A stretch of 32,000 bases of DNA. It comes from Cuniculiplasma divulgatum (GTDB lineage Archaea > Thermoplasmatota > Thermoplasmata > Thermoplasmatales > Thermoplasmataceae). Positions 1-8,049 of the stretch are shown here, piece after piece. The notes beneath the pieces are model-generated. The model did not search any database. It saw only the letters and a program-made list of their open reading frames with translations, and was not told the origin of the DNA. The translations under genes and the position numbers were made by a program. Positions within the stretch are counted from its first letter, which is position 1, and the number at the start of each line of letters is the position of its first letter. Where the stretch lies: contig NZ_LT671858.1 of NCBI RefSeq assembly GCF_900083515.1, positions 180,001 to 212,000 on the forward strand, written 5' to 3'.

Positions 1-38
1 TTTATATTGAAAGAATACATGAATAGCAGTCTGGGAAT

Positions 39-1097
39 ATGGAGTTTGATAAATTTAAATTTATGCAATTCCCACGTGATATCTACGTGGGTCACGGCGT
101 TTTACAGAGAATCAGTGAAGTAACTGAAAAAAATCTTAGAAATGGAAGAGTTTGTATAGTAACAGGTGAAAATACAATTAAGGTTGCAGGTAAGGAAATT
201 TCAGACATGTTGTCAGACAGCTCCATAGACAATCAGATTATAATAGCGGGAGGTGCAGACGAAACAAACCTTACAAAGGTTACAGAACTTGCAAAGGACT
301 ATGGTGCAGGAATGATCATTGGCGTTGGAGGTGGTAGCAAGATCGATCTGGCAAAGAAAACTGCATATTATCTTGGGGTACCACTCATAAGTGTACCTAC
401 GACTCCAAGCCATGATGGTATAGCATCACCGCGGGCATCCATAAAGAGGAACGGCTGGTCCGTTTCTGAAGAAGGAGTAATGCCCGTATCCATAATAGCC
501 GATACCTCAGTCATGATAAAGGTTCCATTCAGGTACCTTTCAGCTGGAGCGGCAGACGTAATTTCAAACGAAACTGCAATAATGGACTGGAAATTAGCGA
601 ACAGAATAAAGGGGGAAGATTACAGCAGTAGTGCAGCTGCCATAGCAGAGTATGCTGCAAAGGAACTCATAGAAAAATCTCATTTAATAATGCCCGGCGT
701 GGAAGAATCTGTCTGGCTGGTTACCAAACAGATACTTGCATCTGGCACTTCAATGGCAATAGCGGCTTCATCAAGGCCAGCGAGCGGAGGAGAGCATTTG
801 ATTGCTCACGCTCTGGATATGATGGCACCCGGAAAAGCCATTCATGGGGAACAGGTCGCACTTGGATCAATAATAACTATGTTTCTGCATGGTGGGGACT
901 GGAAGGGCCTTGCCGAAATATATAGAAATATCGGTATTAAAACCAGGGCAAGCGACTATGGTATAAGTGATACCGTAATGGTACAGGCCGTAAGAACTGC
1001 TCACAGGATAAGACCAGAGAGATTTACGATCCTTGGAGACATGGATCTGAGTTACAGCGCTGCTGAGAATGCCCTCAAAATAACCAATATAATTTAA
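39..1097 (+). CDS. egsA: sn-glycerol-1-phosphate dehydrogenase (archaeal lipid backbone synthesis)
   Basis: 352-aa ORF with a glycerol/iron-alcohol dehydrogenase-like fold. It has the nucleotide loop GVGGGSKIDLAK and metal-site His residues (GGEHLIAHALD, HGEQVALG). Length and motifs fit archaeal G1PDH. TATA-like TTTATATT lies at 1-8, about 31 nt upstream of the ATG. Confidence 0.88.
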   Translation: MEFDKFKFMQFPRDIYVGHGVLQRISEVTEKNLRNGRVCIVTGENTIKVAGKEISDMLSDSSIDNQIIIAGGADETNLTKVTELAKDYGAGMIIGVGGGSKIDLAKKTAYYLGVPLISVPTTPSHDGIASPRASIKRNGWSVSEEGVMPVSIIADTSVMIKVPFRYLSAGAADVISNETAIMDWKLANRIKGEDYSSSAAAIAEYAAKELIEKSHLIMPGVEESVWLVTKQILASGTSMAIAASSRPASGGEHLIAHALDMMAPGKAIHGEQVALGSIITMFLHGGDWKGLAEIYRNIGIKTRASDYGISDTVMVQAVRTAHRIRPERFTILGDMDLSYSAAENALKITNII

Positions 1098-1115
1098 TAA
1101 AAGAAGGGAAAGTAA

Positions 1116-1568
1116 ATGGCAGCAAAAATATCCTTAATAGGATTAGATCAGGCGGAAGTGGGTCATGTATTCAGGTTTGTGCAACCGTTACAGACCTGTT
1201 CTGAATGCAAGATTAAAAATGTATGCTTTAATCTTGAACATGGTAAAAGATATAGAATAAAGGAAGTGAGAAAGCAACAGCATCCCTGTATGGTATTTAA
1301 TCACGACAAGGTAGCAACAGTTGAGGTCGAAGAGGTGGACGAGGATCTGGTTGTTGAATATGGAAACAAGATTCAGGAAGGCTCTACATTATCACTTAAG
1401 AGCAGGAAGTGCGATCACATAACCTGCGAATTCATAGAAAAGTGTAATCTCACATACTATGGTGACGAGGTAAAATTCAATATCAGGAAAATAATGCATA
1501 AGGTAGATTGCCCGAAAGGATACAATATGAAAATGATTGAGGCAAAGCTGGTAAACGGAAAGAATTAA
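1116..1568 (+). CDS. UPF0179-family Cys-rich conserved archaeal protein (function unknown)
   Basis: 150-aa ORF 18 nt downstream of egsA. The N-terminal pattern (LIG..QAEVGHVF.F..P...CSECKIKNVC...G.RYRI.EVR...HPC) resembles the euryarchaeal UPF0179 family. A second Cys cluster (CDHITCEFIEKC, DCP) follows. Recognised from memory only. Confidence 0.6.
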   Translation: MAAKISLIGLDQAEVGHVFRFVQPLQTCSECKIKNVCFNLEHGKRYRIKEVRKQQHPCMVFNHDKVATVEVEEVDEDLVVEYGNKIQEGSTLSLKSRKCDHITCEFIEKCNLTYYGDEVKFNIRKIMHKVDCPKGYNMKMIEAKLVNGKN

Positions 1569-1576
1569 GAAAAATC

Positions 1577-2734
1577 ATGTCAGCAATTAAAATAGGCATA
1601 GCGGGAAAGCCAAACGCCGGTAAATCAACACTTTTTTCAGCCATCACAGGTACAATGGTTGCAATAGGAAATTATGCATTCACCACAACACAGCCTAATG
1701 ATGGGATTGGTTTTATGGATACTGTATGTCCGGATACTGAACTGGGTAAGCCATGTAATCCCAGAAGAGGAAGATGTGAAAACGGTACCAGATTCATACC
1801 CGTGGAAATGGTTGACGTTCCAGGATTAATAGAGGGATCAAGTGAAGGAAGGGGAATGGGCAACATGTTCATGGACGCGTTGAGAGATACCACTGCCATA
1901 ATCAACCTGCTGGATCCCATAAATGAAGAAAAGCAGATTCTGAGTCCAGAGGAACTGATTCACGATGCAGAATCAACTGAAAATGAAATAATGAGATGGT
2001 TCACCTCAAGATTTTCCAGCGACTGGGAAAAATTCACAAGAAAGCTCTCACAGTCGCACATTACACTGGAGGAGGCTCTACTGCAGAAAGCAGCATTTTT
2101 TAATCTGAAGCAAAAAGACATCAGGGAAATATTACAGAAACATCATTTCACAGAAGATATTACCAAATGGAATGAAGATGAGAAAAGGGAGTTTTCTTCC
2201 ACAGTCATGAGTGAAATTAGACCCATTGTAAGAGTACTGAACAAGGGAGACTTGATTGAAAATCGGAAACAATATGTGGACAAAGGATTCGTTATAATAT
2301 CATCAGATTATGAGCTTTCTATAGAGAGAGCATTCAACGGAGGTCTGATAGAAGGCATAAAAGATATCAGACCACGAGAAAAAGCAAATCAAAAGCAAAG
2401 GGAAGCAATCCAGAAGATGGATATGGATTATAGATCAGGAACACTATCAAGAATTTTCGATGTGCTGACGGATATAATAAGAACTGATCTGAAAAAAATA
2501 GTTGTGTATCCGGTTTATGATGAAACAAAATGGTGCGACAAGGATGGAAATATTCTCCCAGACGCCATAATAATGAGTCAGGGCCAGACTGCGGAAGATC
2601 TTGCGTATGAAGTTCATACAGACATAGGAGAGGGATTCATAAGGGCAATTAATGGGAGAACAAAGATGATCCTTGGAAGAAATTACGAGTTAAAGGATTC
2701 AGATGTCATAAGGATAATTGCAAGGACGAAGTGA
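1577..2734 (+). CDS. OBG/YchF/DRG-related GTPase with C-terminal TGS-like domain
   Basis: G1 P-loop GKPNAGKST, G3 DVPGL and G4 NKGD are present, and the C-terminal ~70 aa is TGS-like (ELKDSDVIRIIA). There is a Cys-rich insert, CPDTELGKPCNPRRGRC. The gene starts 8 nt after the previous stop, so it is probably co-transcribed. Confidence 0.8.
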   Translation: MSAIKIGIAGKPNAGKSTLFSAITGTMVAIGNYAFTTTQPNDGIGFMDTVCPDTELGKPCNPRRGRCENGTRFIPVEMVDVPGLIEGSSEGRGMGNMFMDALRDTTAIINLLDPINEEKQILSPEELIHDAESTENEIMRWFTSRFSSDWEKFTRKLSQSHITLEEALLQKAAFFNLKQKDIREILQKHHFTEDITKWNEDEKREFSSTVMSEIRPIVRVLNKGDLIENRKQYVDKGFVIISSDYELSIERAFNGGLIEGIKDIRPREKANQKQREAIQKMDMDYRSGTLSRIFDVLTDIIRTDLKKIVVYPVYDETKWCDKDGNILPDAIIMSQGQTAEDLAYEVHTDIGEGFIRAINGRTKMILGRNYELKDSDVIRIIARTK

Positions 2735-2762
2735 ATTTTCCCATTCGTTATGTCAATAAAAC

Positions 2763-2769
2763 TTTATAT
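2763..2769 (+). promoter_or_regulatory. TATA-box candidate for the zinc-ribbon/bPH membrane protein gene
   Basis: TTTATAT is centred about 27 nt upstream of ~2793, a few nt before the in-frame ATT 2797 / ATA 2800. It is too far from TTG 2878 for a leaderless transcript. Confidence 0.35.
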
Positions 2770-2799
2770 GATACGAGTTAATTTTTAAGGAGTGATATT

Positions 2800-3630
2800 A
2801 TAAGAAAGAGACGATGCAGTCAGTGCGGATCAGTTATCACAAATGGTTATGATTATTGCACTTCCTGTGGAACTATTTTGGGCACAGATATGGGAAATGT
2901 TGGGGCACACTCATTAAAATCAGGTAAAAATATAGTCGATCTTGGAGATATATTGCCTGGGGAAAAAATACTTGGAGAATACTCACCGTCCCGAGAATCT
3001 TACAAAAAAAGTATAACTTCTAGGGTATTTTCAAATCTTATATCACTCCTATCTCCAGTTGTTATAGCATTGGTTGAATTCATTGGTTTTGGTTCAAATT
3101 CCAATTTAACCGTTGAAGAAATCCTAATTACAGTTGGAGTTACCACTATAGTGACCTTAGTCATACTTGGATTTTCACTGGCTAAATTTAAAACGGAATT
3201 TTCTGCACGGTATGTTATTACTAGTACCAGAGTCGCCAAGATTATAAAAAACCGTATAAAGATGGATATTCCGGTTGAACAAATCGAGGATGCCGTAATC
3301 ACGTTTGGGGCAGTTCTTCGATTAAAGGATTATGCTGTATTTTTCCCACCAAGGGGTTACATGGACCTTAAGGGAGTCAACCTTAATGTTCCAATGGTAA
3401 CAAGTAGAGTGGTGGAATTAGAAAGAACGGAAGAAGGAAACAATAGTAAAATAATGAAAAATAAAGATGGGAAAGTAACCATAAGCAATGCAAAAATTGC
3501 AAGATCACATCTGAAGAATATTAGAAGAACAAGGAAGGATATTATTAAAAGATCATTTCTATTTCTAACAGAGGAAATGGCCAGAGATGCGGCTAAAAAA
3601 TACTGGGATTTTGTCAAAAATACTATTTAA
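2800..3630 (+). CDS. Membrane protein: N-terminal zinc ribbon, 2 TM helices, PH-like (YdbS/YdbT bPH_2-like) domain, basic C-terminal tail
   Basis: The track ORF starts at TTG 2878, but the frame is open from 2782. It encodes ..IRKRRCSQCGSVITNGYDYCTSCGTIL (CxxCG-x9-CxxCG) upstream of that TTG. Two hydrophobic helices follow (LISLLSPVVIALVEFIGF, ILITVGVTTIVTLVILGF), then YVITSTRVAKI..IPVEQIEDAVI, which is typical of bPH_2. The 5' end is uncertain (ATT 2797 / ATA 2800 / TTG 2878 / ATG 2890). Confidence 0.55.
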   Translation: MRKRRCSQCGSVITNGYDYCTSCGTILGTDMGNVGAHSLKSGKNIVDLGDILPGEKILGEYSPSRESYKKSITSRVFSNLISLLSPVVIALVEFIGFGSNSNLTVEEILITVGVTTIVTLVILGFSLAKFKTEFSARYVITSTRVAKIIKNRIKMDIPVEQIEDAVITFGAVLRLKDYAVFFPPRGYMDLKGVNLNVPMVTSRVVELERTEEGNNSKIMKNKDGKVTISNAKIARSHLKNIRRTRKDIIKRSFLFLTEEMARDAAKKYWDFVKNTI

Positions 3631-3657
3631 TCACGTTCAAGAAAGAGCAGAACTAAA

Positions 3658-4197
3658 TTATTTGTAATTTTTGTTTATAAGTTCATAGTAAAATTCATCA
3701 ACATACCCATAACCAGGGACAAAATGATGATCTTTCATTGTTCCACTGTGTTTGAATCCGTTTTTCTCTAGAACTTTTTTCGATGCCTCATTAGGTTTGT
3801 AAACGTTTGTATAAAGCTTGCGTAGGTTCATAGTATTAAAAGAAAATTCCACCATCAGCTTCAGAGACTCAGTCATATAACCCATTCCCCATTTATCCCT
3901 CGAAAGGAAATATCCAACATGTCCATTCCTGTCAGAATCTATTGGATTTATGCCTATTATCCCTGTAACTTCCTTTGTTTTATTTTCAATGATTGCAAAA
4001 TTTACACTCTTTTCATAAATGTTTGCTGAGTTATCTATCCATTCATACTCATCAACAAGTGAATAAATTCTTGATGGTGATGAGAGGAATCTGTGTACTT
4101 CAGGGTCATTTATTATTCTGTAAAGAACAGGAGCATCCTCACGAACAAGTACTGCAAGGGATACATGATCTCCACTGCAAATGATCACTCTTTCCAT
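3658..4197 (-). CDS. GNAT N-acetyltransferase, RimJ/RimL-like
   Basis: 179-aa ORF with the acetyl-CoA motif region WGMGYMTESLKLMVEFSFNTMNLRKLYTNVYKPNEASKKVLEKNGFKHSG, characteristic of the RimJ/RimL GNAT subfamily. Confidence 0.8.
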   Translation of the reverse strand: MERVIICSGDHVSLAVLVREDAPVLYRIINDPEVHRFLSSPSRIYSLVDEYEWIDNSANIYEKSVNFAIIENKTKEVTGIIGINPIDSDRNGHVGYFLSRDKWGMGYMTESLKLMVEFSFNTMNLRKLYTNVYKPNEASKKVLEKNGFKHSGTMKDHHFVPGYGYVDEFYYELINKNYK

Positions 4198-4300
4198 TGT
4201 AAACCTAATTCATGCAAACTAGTTAAATGATTATATCTCATTATTTTTATAGAGTGGTTATCATGATCATAAAATATAAGGAGTTTATATCATATTATAA

Positions 4301-4888
4301 ATGGATTTTGTAGTTTCACACCACCTGCTACCATCTAATATACTTGGCTATTCATCTTTTACAGTTAATCTAATTCTTTTGCTAATAGGCATAGGCTTGA
4401 GTTTTAGAGGAGAAAAGTCATGGAAACTAATAATGCTGGCTCTTGGAGCGTATGGAGGCTTTGTAATCACTGCATACATTCTGGTAAGATTCCATTTTAC
4501 GGGTCTACCGACAATACTCATATTTGCAATAGGTGCAGTAATAGGTGCTGTCGCATTCAAGTTCCTTGCTGAAATTGCCATCTGTGCATCTATCGCATTC
4601 ACAGTTTTTATAGGACTGAACTACGTATCTGGAGCTGGTGTGGTCATTGCAGGCATTGCAGCACTGATAGCGTTCGTTGTAACATATTACAGATTCAACA
4701 AGGTTGTTATTTATGTAGCTGCATTCGCAGGCGCTCTCGCAATTTGGATTGCACTATATGGTATGGGTCTGCCTGACGTTAGTGCACAGGTTTTTGCTGC
4801 TGCAGCGATGATAATGGGGATTGTATTGCAGAAATACGAGGCAAGTCAGGATAAGATTCAAAGAAGCAGGATCAGGTCAGATTACTGA
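4301..4888 (+). CDS. Hypothetical integral membrane protein (about 6 TM, Gly/Ala-rich helices)
   Basis: 195-aa ORF that is almost entirely hydrophobic helices with a charged C-terminal tail (QKYEASQDKIQRSRIRSDY). AAATATA lies at 4272-4278, about 25 nt upstream of the ATG. I recognise no family. Confidence 0.55.
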   Translation: MDFVVSHHLLPSNILGYSSFTVNLILLLIGIGLSFRGEKSWKLIMLALGAYGGFVITAYILVRFHFTGLPTILIFAIGAVIGAVAFKFLAEIAICASIAFTVFIGLNYVSGAGVVIAGIAALIAFVVTYYRFNKVVIYVAAFAGALAIWIALYGMGLPDVSAQVFAAAAMIMGIVLQKYEASQDKIQRSRIRSDY

Positions 4889-6596
4889 CAAAAGCATCAA
4901 GTTTGTCAATAAATTTCTGAGCATCTTCAGTACACCCGTAATCTGCATATCTAAATATTGGCGCATTAGGATCATTGTTAATTGCAAGAATGTTTTTGGC
5001 ATATCTTAATCCTACAATGTGGTAATCCATCCCAGCAACACCAAGTGCAATATAGAGATCAGGGGCAATGGATAATCCTGTAAGACCAATTTGCTGTTGC
5101 CTTGGCATCAATCTCATATCAACCACTGGTCTAGTTCCACCTACTGCAATACCTAGCTTTTCTCCGAGATCAACAACATGATCTATGGTTTGCTTTCCCT
5201 TTACGCCTCTACCAATGCCAATAACAATGTTAGAAGATTGCAGCGGAATATATTTTGATTCAATTATCCTGTTCTCAACTATTTCGTATCTTTCCGAGTT
5301 CTTCAGATATATTTCCCGAACAGTCATTTCTCTATCCGTTACTTTCTCAAGGAATATCCCCGGTCTTACTGTTGCAATTTCGGGTTTTGTCTTTGATGTT
5401 ATCCTTGCAACAATTCCTCCACCAAAAGCTGGCTTATATTGAATAAGGTTTTCACCCTCGATTTTTAAATCCACACAGTCTGCAGTTAGTCCGAGGGATA
5501 GTTCAGCAGATATAATACCAGCTACATCCTTTCCAGCTGAGTTTGAGGGAATAATCACAAATTTTGGTCTTTCCTTTTTGATGTAATCAGCCAGAAATCT
5601 AGAAATTGAATATATATCTTCTGAGTTGAAATGTATATATTCACTTGCACTCATTCCATGCAACAGGTTGGGATCTACATTTCCTATCATAACCGGTTCC
5701 GCATTTATCTGGAACGAAAGATCATTGAGTTTGGTTGCAATCTGCATCCCGGAGTCTCTGTCATCAAGTGCAACTCCAAGTATCTTGCCACCTGAAAAAT
5801 CACTGTTGAGTACAGTTTTTTGAGATCTTTTTTTGCTGCCTCCTTCTTTCATTTTCCTGGATAACAGTTCAAACACCTCATCAAGTGATATCATTTTAAC
5901 AGTTCTCTCATTGTGCAGTGCTTCAGTTCCAGAAACAACTGTCAGGGATGCGTCGTTGCCATTGATATCAAGTTTCATGCTCTCGGAATTTACAATTTGG
6001 ACCCTATCCTTCATTGAAGGAGTACCTTCAGGAACCCTTCTCGCCCTGTTAATTTTTTCACTTACTGAAATAAGCACAGGAAGCGAAGTAGTGATCACCC
6101 TTGTGCCCTTTTCATAATCCTGTTCTACAGTAACCTTTTTACCATCTTCCATTATTTCAAGCTTGCTTACTGCCGACACAAAATTCATACCTGCCATGTA
6201 GGATGTTTGTGGAGGTACCTGACTGGTCTCTCCATCAAGGGAGTACTTCCCTGCAAGTACAAGGTCAGGAGATTTTATTTTTATAAAATGAGATAAAATT
6301 TTTGAGGTTGCCCACGTATCCGCACCTCCAAACTTCCGATCAGTTATTAGGAAAGCTTCATCCGCTCCCATCTGAAGGCATTCATCCAAAATATCCACCG
6401 CCTGGGGTGGTCCCATGGATGCAACCATTACTTTGGCACCGTTCTTCTCCTTAATCCGAATAGCTTCCTCTACGGCCCTTCTATCAAATGAATTGATGTT
6501 TAGTGGTACTCCTTCCCTAACAATTCTTCCGGTTTCCGGGTTGAAGGTTATCTTGCTTACATCAGGTACCTGTTTTGCAAGAACAAGAATATTCAT
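4872..6596 (-). CDS. Electron transfer flavoprotein, fused beta-alpha subunits
   Basis: 574 aa. The N-terminal half is ETF-beta-like (MNILVLAKQVPDVSKITFNPETG..., GADEAFLITD, DLVLAGKYSLDGETSQV). A basic linker (KEGGSKKRSQK) follows. The C-terminal half is ETF-alpha-like with the FAD region QIGLTGLSIAPDLYIALGVAGMDYHIVG...ILAINNDPNAPIF. Confidence 0.85.
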   Translation of the reverse strand: MNILVLAKQVPDVSKITFNPETGRIVREGVPLNINSFDRRAVEEAIRIKEKNGAKVMVASMGPPQAVDILDECLQMGADEAFLITDRKFGGADTWATSKILSHFIKIKSPDLVLAGKYSLDGETSQVPPQTSYMAGMNFVSAVSKLEIMEDGKKVTVEQDYEKGTRVITTSLPVLISVSEKINRARRVPEGTPSMKDRVQIVNSESMKLDINGNDASLTVVSGTEALHNERTVKMISLDEVFELLSRKMKEGGSKKRSQKTVLNSDFSGGKILGVALDDRDSGMQIATKLNDLSFQINAEPVMIGNVDPNLLHGMSASEYIHFNSEDIYSISRFLADYIKKERPKFVIIPSNSAGKDVAGIISAELSLGLTADCVDLKIEGENLIQYKPAFGGGIVARITSKTKPEIATVRPGIFLEKVTDREMTVREIYLKNSERYEIVENRIIESKYIPLQSSNIVIGIGRGVKGKQTIDHVVDLGEKLGIAVGGTRPVVDMRLMPRQQQIGLTGLSIAPDLYIALGVAGMDYHIVGLRYAKNILAINNDPNAPIFRYADYGCTEDAQKFIDKLDAFVSNLT

Positions 6597-6913
6597 TGTA
6601 ATTCTACCATTATATCTCCATTCTCTACCTTTGTTTTATATGACTTAAGGGATGAGATACTACCAGAGCCCTCTGGAGGGCTTATAACCTCCCCATTCTT
6701 AGGATTGAACGTCGCAAAATGGTTTGGGCAGATCAGTTCATGGTTGTCCATGAAGCCCTCTGAAAGGTCATATTCTTCATGTGTGCAGAGATGTGATGTT
6801 GCATAATAGTTGTCTCCATCCTTTATTATTAAAACTTCTTTGCCGTCAACTTTTACCTTTGCCAGATCTCCATCCTTCATGTTTCCGTCTTTCGCAACTT
6901 TGTACCATGTCAT
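6593..6913 (-). CDS. Rieske-type [2Fe-2S] ferredoxin (small soluble Rieske protein)
   Basis: 106 aa with both Rieske boxes, CTHEEYDL and CPNHFATF (CxH...CxxH). The stop TGA overlaps the ETF ATG as ATGA at 6593-6596. Confidence 0.85.
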   Translation of the reverse strand: MTWYKVAKDGNMKDGDLAKVKVDGKEVLIIKDGDNYYATSHLCTHEEYDLSEGFMDNHELICPNHFATFNPKNGEVISPPEGSGSISSLKSYKTKVENGDIMVELQ

Positions 6914-7079
6914 GGGGTTCCATTGATTTAAACTATAAATTTCTATTGTGTTTTAAATTCTATAGTTCAAACCAGCCCGTTAATTTATTTGAAAAATCAT
7001 GTTTTTCCTGTAAGGTTATGAACTCCCACATTGGACAATTCCAACTGTTTTTTAAATATCATAAAAACCTTAATTACTC

Positions 7080-7103
7080 AACTTAAAATATTAACTTAAA
7101 ATA
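7080..7103 (+). repeat. Tandem 11-nt direct repeat AACTTAAAATA (x2, 2-nt spacer)
   Basis: The copies are at 7080-7090 and 7093-7103, ending 7 nt before ATG 7111. Each copy contains a TATA-like TTAAAATA. Confidence 0.8.
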
Positions 7104-7110
7104 GATTATC

Positions 7111-7995
7111 ATGTTTGAAAGAATGAAGGCCGGATGGAGACTTGCGAAAAGCGTGAGAAAATCTGTTTCAGGTCATAAAGGATTGGTTACATATCCACTT
7201 CTTTCTGGTATCACAGCTATTATTATTTTTATTGCAACGTTCCTGTCACTCTTTTTCACAATTCCATTAGATTCAGGTGCAAATAGTAGTGTTCTATTGA
7301 TTTATATTGGAAGTTTTATTCTGGCGTACATACTGATTGGTTTCCTTGCAACTGTTATTCTACTATCAATGATGATAGCCTACAGATCAATTCTTAAGGG
7401 AGACAATAGGGGGATCAGAGAATCACTGAATAAGGGATTCACCTACAAAAAAGAAGCCATTGAATGGGCTATATTCTATTCAATTCTAGTAATGATCATG
7501 AGAATGATAGAGTCAAGATTTCGTGGTTTTAGCCAGATAATAATAGGAGCCGTAGGTTCATTTATTATATCTATTTCTACATTCTTTGCTGTTCCAGCAA
7601 TTCTCGACTATAAGTGTGGGCCTATAGAGGCGGTGAAGCATAGCGTTGAAACCATAACAAGAAACTTTGGTCAGACCTTTGGCGGAATAGCGTACATCGA
7701 TCTGTATACACTGGCAATAGTTCTACTGGGATTTCTCATCTTTATATTCGGATTGATACTGGGAATATCAACACTGACAGTGGTTGGATTTGCTGCTATG
7801 CTGAGTGCTGGTATTATAATCATGGCTATAGGATTGATACTAAACTTCACATATTCGAACATCTTCAAACTTGTGATCTTTGATTATGCAAATGGAAAAG
7901 GCTTACCACCTGAATTCAACGAGTCTGACATAAAGATAGCAACAAGACAAAAAAAATCAAGATTTGGAGGAATCATGGGAAACAGTAATCTTTAA
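7111..7995 (+). CDS. Hypothetical polytopic membrane protein (about 6 TM)
   Basis: 294-aa ORF with a basic N-terminus (MFERMKAGWRLAKSVRKSV) followed by multiple long hydrophobic helices. It resembles DUF-type membrane proteins, but the family is not confidently recognised. Confidence 0.6.
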   Translation: MFERMKAGWRLAKSVRKSVSGHKGLVTYPLLSGITAIIIFIATFLSLFFTIPLDSGANSSVLLIYIGSFILAYILIGFLATVILLSMMIAYRSILKGDNRGIRESLNKGFTYKKEAIEWAIFYSILVMIMRMIESRFRGFSQIIIGAVGSFIISISTFFAVPAILDYKCGPIEAVKHSVETITRNFGQTFGGIAYIDLYTLAIVLLGFLIFIFGLILGISTLTVVGFAAMLSAGIIIMAIGLILNFTYSNIFKLVIFDYANGKGLPPEFNESDIKIATRQKKSRFGGIMGNSNL

Positions 7996-8049
7996 AAATA
8001 ACTGCACAAGTTATGAAAATGATTAATAAAGATAATAAAATATTGAACT

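Noticed and set aside
4241-4275. Overlapping 8-nt palindromes ATCATGAT / ATGATCAT in the GNAT / membrane-protein divergent promoter
   Set aside because: They are very short, are built from the self-complementary TCATGA/TGATCA cores, and are expected by chance at this AT content.
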